Shown: positions 31,671 through 39,611, numbered from the stretch's first letter. The stretch is DNA of 46,763 nucleotides from a virus (IMGVR_UViG_2511231131_000008), one strand, 5' to 3'. Notes: generated from the letters alone by a model not told the origin. Program-made: numbers and translations.

Positions 31671-32059
31671 AGGTGATTCTCCAGACGAAGCCCCAGAACA
31701 CCGGCAATCTCTTCCAGCACCTTGCGCTCTTCCGGCTCAATTTCGCCGTCTGCCTCCGCAATGGCCACCGCCACATCCAGCACATCTTCCGCTTCACGCG
31801 TATCGTGTTTCACATCCTCGATCTCACGTAACGCCGCACGACGACCAATTTTAAAGTTCGTATCCAGCTGACCGATAATGGTTGCGCTAATCGCATTAAT
31901 TTCTGACGTAAACGCGGACAGCGCTGGCTGATTACGCAGTACCTGTTCGATCTTCGCTTTCTAGGAAGCCTCACATTCACCATCTGCACAGGCCACCAGG
32001 TATGCGGCGTTAATCACCGCCTGTGCCAGATCGCGTTTCTCAAACTTTCCTTTTTCCGG
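31667..32059 (-). pseudogene. TerB-like domain gene remnant (no start codon, internal amber codon)
   Basis: Open frame reads ...KRDLAQAVINAAYLVACADGECEAS*KAKIEQVL...DVLDVAVAIAEADGEIEPEERKVLEEIAGVLGLRLENHL, showing the duplicated A..ADGE...E...L TerB-type motif; in-frame TAG at 31961-31963; no Met anywhere in the frame. Confidence 0.5.
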
Positions 32060-32162
32060 TTAACGTGACACACCAATAACTCTTGTCGAAAAAGCCAGCA
32101 AGCTGAAAGACCGGTATTCACAACCACCAGCGCGTTTACTGTACTGGCGTGATTTCAGTCAT

Positions 32163-32187
32163 AAAAAAACCCGCCTGGCGACGGGTG
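32163..32187 (-). terminator. tR'-like rho-independent terminator downstream of pR'
   Basis: Minus strand ACCCGTCGCCAGGCGGGTTTTTTT about 50 nt downstream of the putative pR'. Confidence 0.6.
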
Positions 32188-32233
32188 TAAAAAATCTTCT
32201 AACGTCAGGCATAAAACGCCCATCGTTAGGGCA

Positions 32234-32261
32234 AATTTACCACAGATTCGGGAAAAATCAA
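32234..32261 (-). promoter_or_regulatory. Putative late promoter pR' (TTGATT-16-TAAATT) immediately downstream of Q
   Basis: -35 TTGATT (plus 32256-32261), 16-nt spacer, -10 TAAATT (plus 32234-32239) on the minus strand. Confidence 0.5.
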
Positions 32262-32266
32262 CAAAG

Positions 32267-33088
32267 CTATCTGGTCACCTTTTTCAGTTGTTGTTCTGCC
32301 CATGCTTCTTCAATATCAAACTGCACCACCAGCGTATCGTAAAAACGTTTAACTGTTTTTTTCCATGTATCAAGAGATATGGCATCGGTTACATTACATA
32401 TGGCATTAAATGCCTCCGTTGAAGGTAATCTTTCATAGCCACGACCACCACAACGCTGGCAGTCTCTGATAACAGGCATACCACGTTTTACCGACTCTTC
32501 ACGATGAATGGCAACACCGCGCCCACGACAATCTTTACAGGCGGTGGAAACCTCCCCCTTCCCTCCACACTCCGGACAGGCAACTTTTACCACCTCCCTG
32601 ACTTTTTTCCATTCCTCCCAGTAAGACGGATACACGCCTTTTGTGCACTTTGCCCACACTGGCGGCTTACCATCCGGATACTGGATCTTGTTTGTAAAAA
32701 CCTCGCTTTCAATAAATTTTTTTCCGTGACAACAGGGGCACTGTTTTTTGCTCGCCGCGCTACGGGCATAATCTTCAAACGCATACGAAGCCATAATACG
32801 CATCACTGCCGGTTTTATTTCTGCCGGGAGTTTTCTTAACGCCGCCACGCGATCACACCGACTGAGTGCATATTCTGTCAGCAATTCTGTTGCCCGCTCT
32901 CTGTCATTCATACTAATGCCCATTTTCCCAAGGAACGCAGAAAACCCCATCTCAGCCCAATTCTGTGTCATGCCCTGCGCGGCCATCACATCAGTGATAC
33001 TCAGCGTATCTTTCGACGTTGAGGCCGATGCATCAGTCAGGCCGGGGGATTTTGGGGAGTAGTATTTCGGTAAATCTTCCAGTTTCAT
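32267..33088 (-). CDS. Q: Late antiterminator Q-like protein (multi-CxxC zinc-binding)
   Basis: 273 aa with four CxxC motifs (CPCCHGKK, CPECGGKG, CKDCRGRG, CQRCGGRG); lies between rusA and the pR'/tR' unit; ATGA overlap with rusA. Confidence 0.6.
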   Translation of the reverse strand: MKLEDLPKYYSPKSPGLTDASASTSKDTLSITDVMAAQGMTQNWAEMGFSAFLGKMGISMNDRERATELLTEYALSRCDRVAALRKLPAEIKPAVMRIMASYAFEDYARSAASKKQCPCCHGKKFIESEVFTNKIQYPDGKPPVWAKCTKGVYPSYWEEWKKVREVVKVACPECGGKGEVSTACKDCRGRGVAIHREESVKRGMPVIRDCQRCGGRGYERLPSTEAFNAICNVTDAISLDTWKKTVKRFYDTLVVQFDIEEAWAEQQLKKVTR

Positions 33089-33459
33089 TTTTTGACCTGC
33101 CCTTCAAGCATTATGGGGTAAATCTTCACCCCCAGACGTCCACCAGATACTGGCTGAGCACGAACGATATTGATTTCATCAAACTGCTCATCGTCCATTA
33201 GCAACCCCGCATGCGTCAGCGCATCCAGCGGCGCTTTCAGAATATTGTCCAGGTCACGGCGGCGCTTATCCGGTGGCTCGGCAATAATCTTTATCGCCAG
33301 CCTTCCGGACAGGCTTAATTTCAGCCGCTGCTGGCGAACAATAAGCGCCACAGCCCGGCGATAACGCTCACCGGCTTTTGATACAAAATATGTGCTGCCA
33401 CGACGTCGCCAGTAGGTGTTCACCGTCGGCGGGTAAAGCAAAACAAACTCTATACGCAT
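33085..33459 (-). CDS. rusA: Holliday junction resolvase RusA
   Basis: 124 aa; ...PPTVNTYWRRRG...PDKRRRDLDNILKAPLDALTHAGLLMDDEQ... is RusA-like. Confidence 0.85.
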   Translation of the reverse strand: MRIEFVLLYPPTVNTYWRRRGSTYFVSKAGERYRRAVALIVRQQRLKLSLSGRLAIKIIAEPPDKRRRDLDNILKAPLDALTHAGLLMDDEQFDEINIVRAQPVSGGRLGVKIYPIMLEGQVKK

Positions 33460-33471
33460 CAGTAACCTCTT

Positions 33472-34518
33472 TTACCCGAGCACGCCGGTTGCAAAGGCGT
33501 GATCAAGAAAACGAAAAATTAAATCAACCTGGGAACCATGCTTTTCTTCGAACGCCAGCGGATCCGCATGAAGCTCGTTGTGATGCTCCCGACACAGCGG
33601 TAGCGTGAAAATATCGTGGGATTTTGTTCCCATTCCGCCCTGACCATGACCAATCAGATGATGAGGATCGTCCGCTGGCTTACCACAACACGCACACGGC
33701 TGTGTCTTTACCCAGCGTGTGTATTTCTCATTTACCCAGCGGCGACGTTTAGGTCGTTTCATGAAGGATTCCGGAGACTCCGGATCAACGGCAATGCTTA
33801 CCACCGTCTTTTCCTGTGGCGGGTTTTGCTGGTGGGCGTGAGGCAGCGGCGCAAGATTTTTTGTGCGCTGTTTCAGGATGCTGGTGGCTGTCTGTTCTCC
33901 CGGTATGATGTCGCTTTCGCGGTACACCGAGCGGATTTTTTCCGCACGTAACCCCAGAGAACGACGTAATGCTGCCTCTGGTAGCGCATCCGCCACCTGA
34001 TTGCAGACCGCCCACCAGGATAATTCACCCAGAGATAATTCCCGCTCCTGCGTGCCATTCATTGCATGGCGTATGACGTCAATCATCCATGCTGACAAAT
34101 TTTGGTGAGCAAGTTGCCCGAGTGATTCGGAGGTCTGGTCACGCAACTGGTTGTCGCAGTGCCAGCACAACACCATTGCGCCGGTACCATAACGGTGAAT
34201 GACAGTTTCGCTGTGGTGATAATCGCCGTGTGGCCACTGGCAGGATTTAATATGGCGCAACAGCCAGTCAGACAATGCACCAGCACCACCAGCAGCACGA
34301 ATCACTCGTTCGTCGCTGAAAAATGGCAGCAATGTTTTGTCTTCCACCAGCGGCTGGCGAACGGCAGGAACGACCCCGGACGGCAGATTACGCATGCTTT
34401 TCGGTTCCGGCTCCACCAGTACCCGGGTATTGTGAAATACCTGCATGGATTCACGACCTGGCTTAAGGGCCACCAGCCCGAGTTCCGGTACCAGAACAGG
34501 TCGAAGTAATACCCGCAC
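33472..34518 (-). CDS. DUF968-type protein with C-terminal HNH-like motif (YdfU-like)
   Basis: 348 aa; C-terminal ...CACCGKPADDPHHLIGHGQGGMGTKSHD...LCREHHNELH; same position relative to Q and hok as ydfU in Qin. N-terminal start uncertain. Confidence 0.55.
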   Translation of the reverse strand: MRVLLRPVLVPELGLVALKPGRESMQVFHNTRVLVEPEPKSMRNLPSGVVPAVRQPLVEDKTLLPFFSDERVIRAAGGAGALSDWLLRHIKSCQWPHGDYHHSETVIHRYGTGAMVLCWHCDNQLRDQTSESLGQLAHQNLSAWMIDVIRHAMNGTQERELSLGELSWWAVCNQVADALPEAALRRSLGLRAEKIRSVYRESDIIPGEQTATSILKQRTKNLAPLPHAHQQNPPQEKTVVSIAVDPESPESFMKRPKRRRWVNEKYTRWVKTQPCACCGKPADDPHHLIGHGQGGMGTKSHDIFTLPLCREHHNELHADPLAFEEKHGSQVDLIFRFLDHAFATGVLG

Positions 34519-34519
34519 G

Positions 34520-34798
34520 TTACCTCCAGATCCGTTGCTGGAATGTGCGGGACGGACGCGGTGGGCGTTCGGAGTAAGGAAGCCTGACGGAGATTATCCA
34601 GTGACGGTAGTCGAGGCTGAGGGCTTTCTTAATCTCGTATCCGCGCCTGCGGTAACACTGAATCAGCCATTCAGCCTGTTCTTCGGTGCAGGGGTCGTGC
34701 TGATACCAGTCAGATTTGAATGCATGAGAACGCCGCCCGTGCCTGCTGGCAGGGGCGGCAGAGTTATCCGAATTGTAAAATTTGGTATCGTGCGCCAT
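34520..34798 (-). CDS. Hypothetical protein at the position of rem in the Qin prophage
   Basis: 92 aa from ATG 34798 (MAHDTKFYNSDNSAAPASRHG...); lies between the DUF968 gene and hok. Confidence 0.45.
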   Translation of the reverse strand: MAHDTKFYNSDNSAAPASRHGRRSHAFKSDWYQHDPCTEEQAEWLIQCYRRRGYEIKKALSLDYRHWIISVRLPYSERPPRPSRTFQQRIWR

Positions 34799-34869
34799 CT
34801 GTTTTCTCTGCTGGCGCAGCAGGTGCCAGTTGTTCAGGCTGACGGATGGATTGTAAACCAGAACGACCA

Positions 34870-34897
34870 GAAAAAACAAAACCCGCCGAAGCGGGTT
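34870..34897 (-). terminator. Rho-independent terminator at the 3' end of the hok transcript
   Basis: Minus strand AACCCGCTTCGGCGGGTTTTGTTTTTT about 70 nt downstream of the hok stop. Confidence 0.65.
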
Positions 34898-34965
34898 AAG
34901 TGCGGGTGCGTTGAGGATGCCTGACACATCAGCGGTGGCGAGGGATTTCTCCCCCGCCTGGTCTC

Positions 34966-35121
34966 TTACTCCTCAGGTTCGTAAGCTGTGAAGACAGCGA
35001 CCTCCGTCTGGCCGGTTCGGATTCGTACCTCGCAGAGGTCTTTCCTCGTTACCAGTGCCGTCACTATGACGGTTAAACAGATGACGATCAGGGCGATTAA
35101 CATCGCCTTTTGCTGCTTCAT
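34966..35121 (-). CDS. hokD: Hok/Gef-family type I toxin (HokD/RelF-like)
   Basis: 51 aa MKQQKAMLIALIVICLTVIVTALVTRKDLCEVRIRTGQTEVAVFTAYEPEE matches HokD/RelF as recalled; AGGAG Shine-Dalgarno 9 nt upstream; in-frame upstream ATG at 35178 gives a 70-aa extension. Confidence 0.85.
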   Translation of the reverse strand: MKQQKAMLIALIVICLTVIVTALVTRKDLCEVRIRTGQTEVAVFTAYEPEE

Positions 35122-35364
35122 AGCCTGCTTCTCCTTGCCTTTCGGCACGTAAGAGGCTAACCTACATTTGTGAGACATAGATTGGGCCTCAGATTAATGT
35201 TAAGCGTCTTGCAGGACGCGTAATGTTAACTGGGGCTTTTCTCTATCTGCCTTTTGGTGTTCATGCCTGAGGCAGATAGCCTCAAGCACCCGCAGCAATT
35301 CTACTTAACTCTCGCTTTACCGCAAACCGTTTTTACCCGATATGGGAATTCCCATATCGTAATG

Positions 35365-35578
35365 AATTCAGTTCCCTAGTCGATCCATCAAAAACACAAC
35401 CAGGCAGTAAACGCCCACAACAGCAACAACAGCCAGCGCACCTTCCATTGCCAGTGATATATCATCCGACAAATTCAGTTCCCTAGTCGATCCATCAAAA
35501 ACACAACCAGGCAGTAAACGCCCACAACAGCAACAACAGCCAGCGCACCTTCCATTGCCAGTGATATATCATCCGACA
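35365..35578. repeat. Perfect tandem duplication, 2 x 107 bp
   Basis: Unit aattcagttccctagtcgatccatcaaaaacacaaccaggcag...gtgatatatcatccgaca occurs twice back to back; each unit carries one 34-codon ORF on the minus strand. Confidence 0.85.
35368..35472 (-). CDS. Hypothetical 34-aa membrane peptide, downstream tandem copy (TTG start)
   Basis: Same coding sequence as 35475-35579; the duplication junction replaces ATG with TTG; weak AGGGA Shine-Dalgarno. Confidence 0.3.
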   Translation of the reverse strand: MSDDISLAMEGALAVVAVVGVYCLVVFLMDRLGN

Positions 35579-35579
35579 T
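35475..35579 (-). CDS. Hypothetical 34-aa membrane peptide, upstream tandem copy
   Basis: MSDDISLAMEGALAVVAVVGVYCLVVFLMDRLGN; ATG with strong AAGGAGGG Shine-Dalgarno; one TM helix. Confidence 0.45.
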   Translation of the reverse strand: MSDDISLAMEGALAVVAVVGVYCLVVFLMDRLGN

Positions 35580-35614
35580 ATTCCCTCCTTTGGTGTTAAT
35601 CCCGGCGAACGTTT

Positions 35615-35698
35615 TTACCCCCACCGACAAATAACATATACTAAAAAAGCGATAGCCATAGCAACGCCTGTAATTGCAAATGCTTCAGGCCAGTTCAT
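35615..35698 (-). CDS. Hypothetical 27-aa membrane peptide, translationally coupled to the DUF551 gene
   Basis: MNWPEAFAITGVAMAIAFLVYVICRWG; its ATG overlaps the upstream stop (ATGA). Confidence 0.4.
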   Translation of the reverse strand: MNWPEAFAITGVAMAIAFLVYVICRWG

Positions 35699-36564
35699 TG
35701 GCGCACCTCCTGCGGCGGTTCTGGTAGAGGCATCCAGTGTGATGGTATCCACGACGCACCAGGTATTATCCACCCATCATTAGCGTCAGGATGCCCCGGG
35801 ATGTAAGTCGCCCATTTCATTCGCCAGTCACCTTTCCTGCCAAAATCCCTGGCAACAAGAACGGCTGTTTTGGTATCCGGCATTCGCTCACTACAGCTTA
35901 TCCAACTATCCGGAGTTACCGGATAGTTGCCCGATAGTGCATTCTGCTCCAGTGATGCTTTTACAAACCACGCTGCCTGAACTATAACGCCATGAATCCA
36001 GCGCAAATCAGCATCGCGATCTTTCTTTTTCATCTTTTCGCCACTTAAGGCCTTGCTTATGTGGCTGCGTACCAGGTCTTCATGTAATTCCTTCGCCTCC
36101 TCAATGGTGAAACCACCAGGCAGAAGAGCCGGAGTTACCGGAGAGCTGGTTGACGCTTCCGGGATTTTCCGAAAATTATTGGTTGACGAATCTTTATTTT
36201 CCCGAAAGTTTCCGGACTGAAGCATGGCTTCGCGGCAATCGTTCCAGCCTGTAGCGTATGCAGTCGCTTTGCTGCTGCCTTCAACTGGCGCATCCTGCCA
36301 ATACATTTCTTCCGGCACTATCGGCGCTGGAGGGGCGGCAAATAGATATCCGCCAAAGTCAGGAAGCTCTCTAATGGCCTGTACGAATTTTTGTTTGCCT
36401 ACGTCAACCCCTAATGGGTAATGAGCTATAATCTTTGCCACCGGCTCTGCTTCCAGCGATGCCAGCGCAATCCGTGCCAGTTCCATTTGTTCACCACGGG
36501 TAAGCCCGTTTTCAAGCGGATTTTTAATGAACAATTCAATACGTTCTTTGGTAATAGTGGTCAT
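35695..36564 (-). CDS. DUF551-domain phage protein
   Basis: 289 aa; C-terminal ...WISCSERMPD...GWIIPGASWIPSHWMPLPEPP resembles the DUF551 signature as recalled. Confidence 0.6.
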   Translation of the reverse strand: MTTITKERIELFIKNPLENGLTRGEQMELARIALASLEAEPVAKIIAHYPLGVDVGKQKFVQAIRELPDFGGYLFAAPPAPIVPEEMYWQDAPVEGSSKATAYATGWNDCREAMLQSGNFRENKDSSTNNFRKIPEASTSSPVTPALLPGGFTIEEAKELHEDLVRSHISKALSGEKMKKKDRDADLRWIHGVIVQAAWFVKASLEQNALSGNYPVTPDSWISCSERMPDTKTAVLVARDFGRKGDWRMKWATYIPGHPDANDGWIIPGASWIPSHWMPLPEPPQEVRQ

Positions 36565-36574
36565 GTGTTACTCC

Positions 36575-36838
36575 TTAACCCGCAGTGCTTTCAACTGATG
36601 AGGGGAACAAAATCTTTTCATCAAACCCTGCATTCATATCATGAACAGCAACACACCAATCCATCGACGAACGATTATCAAGAGCCTCCATGATTTCATC
36701 CATGCGGCGTAGGTCATACAGGTAAATGCTTTTATCGCCAATGGTGTAAAAGCCAATTTTTTTCGGTGATGGACAGCGATCAAGAACTTCCTGTAATTCG
36801 TTCAACCATGCCCGTTCTTTTTTTGTCAAAGTTGCCAT
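36575..36838 (-). CDS. Hypothetical nin-region protein
   Basis: 87 aa from ATG 36838 with AAGGA Shine-Dalgarno. Confidence 0.5.
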   Translation of the reverse strand: MATLTKKERAWLNELQEVLDRCPSPKKIGFYTIGDKSIYLYDLRRMDEIMEALDNRSSMDWCVAVHDMNAGFDEKILFPSSVESTAG

Positions 36839-36839
36839 A

Positions 36840-37058
36840 TCAGTTTTCCTTATACGGATTAATTTTATTGTGCAGTGTGTTGAATGACGCCCATACCACG
36901 TCGTTATACAATTCAATAACTGGCTCAATTATTTTTCCGATTATCCAGGCTAGGATTAACGGGGATATCGGTATCATCAACACGATAAACAGAATGAGAA
37001 ACAGAAATTCTGTTGTTCTACTCTTTCGCGGATATTTTTTTCTAAATAATGTGACCAT
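36840..37058 (-). CDS. Hypothetical small membrane protein
   Basis: 72 aa with a central hydrophobic helix (FLFLILFIVLMIPISPLILAWIIG); stop abuts the next gene start. Confidence 0.45.
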   Translation of the reverse strand: MVTLFRKKYPRKSRTTEFLFLILFIVLMIPISPLILAWIIGKIIEPVIELYNDVVWASFNTLHNKINPYKEN

Positions 37059-37090
37059 TCATTACCGCCCTTTCGGGCGGCCTCCTGACA

Positions 37091-37303
37091 TTAATCGTTG
37101 TGATAACTCATAGCTTCATTTGCAGCATCAACTGGATCAACCTCCCTCCAGCAATAATTTGGGTCGGCTCCTTCAGGCGTCCACGGTTCTAATTCATTTT
37201 TTGCCGCATTCTCATCGCCAGTAATTTTAAAAATCTGCTCAGAGAATTTTCTTGCCCACTCGTTATATTTTTCCGCATTAATGGCTTTCTGTGTATTTAA
37301 CAT
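37091..37303 (-). CDS. Hypothetical small protein
   Basis: 70-aa ORF in the operon series. Confidence 0.45.
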   Translation of the reverse strand: MLNTQKAINAEKYNEWARKFSEQIFKITGDENAAKNELEPWTPEGADPNYCWREVDPVDAANEAMSYHND

Positions 37304-37353
37304 AAATATACCTCCAGTTAAGGATTAGATTTTATTTACAGCGCTAAATTTAT

Positions 37354-37733
37354 TTATTCAGTTCTGGATTTTGTCGCCCTGCGTATCCGCGCTTTCGCGT
37401 TACGCTCAATCTGAATTAACTTTTCTATATTTTTCCGCCTTTCCTGTTCCTCCTGGCGCAATAGCCTTACATCATCTGCCAGTCTGTTTTCTCTTTTCGC
37501 CACAGAGAGCATCCAGTCAAACGGCTCCACAACTGCACCGCAGATTTTACAGCGGACCTGACGCTCTTTTTCGTCAACCCGAACAGAGGCGTGATGGCAA
37601 TATGGTCTTTCCGATGGCTCATAAAGAAAATTAACCTGATTACGAGGGTTGGATTTGCCCCTATATTTCCATGCTCCTCTCCTTTGATGCGAATGCCAGC
37701 GGTAATTGAAGCCTGATAGCTAATTTCACTCAC
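37354..37733 (-). pseudogene. Probable frameshifted gene (frame A 37467-37733 plus frame -1 37354-37719 encoding a zinc-ribbon/coiled-coil segment)
   Basis: Frame A starts at GTG 37733 with an AGGAGG Shine-Dalgarno and GTGA overlap with the upstream stop; the overlapping -1 frame stays open for 121 codons (...PYCHHASVRVDEKERQVRCKICGAVVEPFDW...RLLRQEEQERRKNIEKLIQIERNAKARIRR...) with no usable start. Confidence 0.35.
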
Positions 37734-38155
37734 AGTACCGCCTCCTGAAAATTACCCTGATAGAAAGCCAGTACACGCTGCATAGCTTCACTCTTCCGGC
37801 ACTCGCGACAGATTATGTTTAGGCGACTGTCGTAGCGGCGTATTTCGCCGTCTGGTAACGACCAGATAAGGTCCGGATCAACCACAGATGTTTTTTTCTT
37901 CAGCTTTGCCCTTGAGAGTTTTTTGCGGGCGTTTTGCCAGTCCTTACGAGCCTGTTCAGACGGGAATAACCCGTAACCAGAGTTGTATACATCGCCACTG
38001 GCAACCAGCTCTCTGGCGAGAACGCTCATCAGATATCTTGTCGCACCTGTTTTCGCTTCCAGTTGTCGTAACGTCTCACGCCCACTCTGGCGCACGAGTT
38101 CAACAACTTGCCTCTTAATTTTTTCCCGCTCTTCTTGTGTAAATACTTTTGCCAC
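37730..38155 (-). CDS. Hypothetical protein downstream of the O-like gene
   Basis: 141 aa (MAKVFTQEEREKIKRQVVELVRQSGRETLRQLEAKTGATRYLMSVLAREL...); function not recognised. Confidence 0.5.
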   Translation of the reverse strand: MAKVFTQEEREKIKRQVVELVRQSGRETLRQLEAKTGATRYLMSVLARELVASGDVYNSGYGLFPSEQARKDWQNARKKLSRAKLKKKTSVVDPDLIWSLPDGEIRRYDSRLNIICRECRKSEAMQRVLAFYQGNFQEAVL

Positions 38156-38195
38156 AAGTCCTCCTGAAAATTACCTCATGACCAGAAATCAACAC

Positions 38196-39161
38196 TTACC
38201 CCCTGAAGCCCGGCGGAATTTCGGTATCCGGCTCAGAAATATGATTCACACAACGCTGTACAGACGAACGCCCCAGGCGGATAACCAGTTCATCCCATTT
38301 TTCGCGAAGCTTTGACGGACTCATGATATTTTTTACCCAGAATGGATCCCGCTGCACCCGACCAAACATTTCACAAATTTGTCTGTGAGTTCTGCCATCC
38401 AGCATCCGCATTGTGCGCACGTCGTTGGCCCATGCGGTCCAGTTGGGTTCTTTCGGTCGCGAAATCTCGCCATCATCGCTGGCGGCCTGCTCGTAAAGAC
38501 TCACGATTCGCCCCCAGATCCACTGCGCACACGCCAAATCGTCCTGGCTGCCCCACTGGCGTTTTTTTGCACTGAACACAACCGCGTCAGGATGTCGGGT
38601 TAAAAAATCCTGTTCAGCCGTCTGCATGTCCGGTTGCGAAGCTTCCGGACGAGAAGTGTTTTTATTCTCTGTAGTAATCTCTGTTGTATTCTCTGTAAGA
38701 TCATCGGGCCATTTTGACCCGATGACATTGGGTCGTTTTGAACCAATGGAGCGTGTCATTTTGGTCTCTTCCATCGTGTCATTTTGACCTGATGGAGCGG
38801 CGCATTTTGACCTGATGGATTCGCTCACTTTGCCACCATCTAAAAGCTCGCTCTCGTAATTAATCGTGTAAAAATTAGTCATATCACGCTTTGATTTGTT
38901 GAGCTTTTCGCAACGCAAAAGCCCCAGCGTTTTCAGACTTGCAAATGCGCGTTTTAACGTTGACTCTGACCAGAACGGGAACTGTTCCAGCCATTGTTCT
39001 GTTGTGTTATAAATCCAGCGAACACCATCACATTCCATGCCGGAACCGGTATCTCTCAACCAGTAATGCAGCTGCTGCAACACGATGGCTTCGTTCAGAC
39101 CAATTTTCATCGCCAGCTGCGTGTTTATAACCAGCGGGCGTTCAGCAAAAAGGAGCTTCAT
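38196..39161 (-). CDS. Replication initiation protein (O-like) with embedded origin iterons
   Basis: 321 aa; sits after the cro and CII-like genes; contains a run of 23-bp iterons and an adjacent AT-rich segment. Confidence 0.6.
   Translation of the reverse strand: MKLLFAERPLVINTQLAMKIGLNEAIVLQQLHYWLRDTGSGMECDGVRWIYNTTEQWLEQFPFWSESTLKRAFASLKTLGLLRCEKLNKSKRDMTNFYTINYESELLDGGKVSESIRSKCAAPSGQNDTMEETKMTRSIGSKRPNVIGSKWPDDLTENTTEITTENKNTSRPEASQPDMQTAEQDFLTRHPDAVVFSAKKRQWGSQDDLACAQWIWGRIVSLYEQAASDDGEISRPKEPNWTAWANDVRTMRMLDGRTHRQICEMFGRVQRDPFWVKNIMSPSKLREKWDELVIRLGRSSVQRCVNHISEPDTEIPPGFRG
38710..38826. repeat. Origin-like iterons (5-6 copies, ~23-bp period) inside the O-like gene
   Basis: cattttgacc(t)gatgga-type units beginning at 38710, 38734, 38757, 38780, 38803; AT-rich stretch at 38840-38900. 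Confidence 0.7.
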
Positions 39162-39185
39162 CCCCTCCCCCCCCAGAACACGTTA

Positions 39186-39611
39186 TCAATGCACCACCAC
39201 GGCATTTCCCGCCGGACCACCACGATTCATCTGATTGAAACCAGCGATCGCCACTGCGACAAAATCATCAGCGTCTCTCACCAGCCGTTCCCGCGTCTCC
39301 ACCAGCTCCCGAAAATAGGCTGAACTGTGGCTGCGCATTCGGGCCACCAGCAGAGGTGGCATTGCTTTTTCGATCGCTGGTAACAACGCCTGAATTTTTT
39401 TAACCGCATCAGGGGTGTCTTTCTCCACCCAGCGGAATATTTTCTGAGTATTGCGAGCCAGGGCTTCCGGATGGCTGTCGTCATACAGTTCCGGGAACGT
39501 CATTCCCAGTTCGAAATACGCTTTGGTAATCTTCGCAGTCGGTACTTTTTCGCCGTCCGGATGCGCCCAGGCATTCATCGCCATGCGGATGTGCTCATGC
39601 TTGATTTTCAT
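39186..39611 (-). CDS. CII-like / YdaT-family regulator
   Basis: 141 aa immediately downstream of the Cro-like gene (ATGA overlap), at the cII position; size matches Rac YdaT as recalled. Confidence 0.5.
   Translation of the reverse strand: MKIKHEHIRMAMNAWAHPDGEKVPTAKITKAYFELGMTFPELYDDSHPEALARNTQKIFRWVEKDTPDAVKKIQALLPAIEKAMPPLLVARMRSHSSAYFRELVETRERLVRDADDFVAVAIAGFNQMNRGGPAGNAVVVH

Noticed and set aside
31510-31797. 95-aa minus-strand ORF MKRKMCWMWRW...
   Set aside because: Overlaps the more protein-like TerB-like frame and small membrane ORF; Trp/Arg/Cys-rich composition suggests an off-frame artefact.
31189-32266. Search for tRNA genes and stx remnants between Q and the esterase
   Set aside because: No T-arm/anticodon-arm-like structure or stxA/B-like reading frame seen by eye; only the TerB-like remnant and a small hydrophobic ORF were found. 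A tRNA scan would settle this.
37371-37634. 87-aa plus-strand ORF in the frameshift-candidate region
   Set aside because: Pro/Ser/Leu-rich with no Shine-Dalgarno; the minus-strand frames give a better start context and more protein-like sequence.
39162-39174. C/G homopolymer-rich tract (cccctcccccccc) just upstream of the O-like start, as a possible slipped-strand switch
   Set aside because: It forms the G-rich Shine-Dalgarno on the coding strand and is outside any reading frame; no evidence of phase variation without population data.
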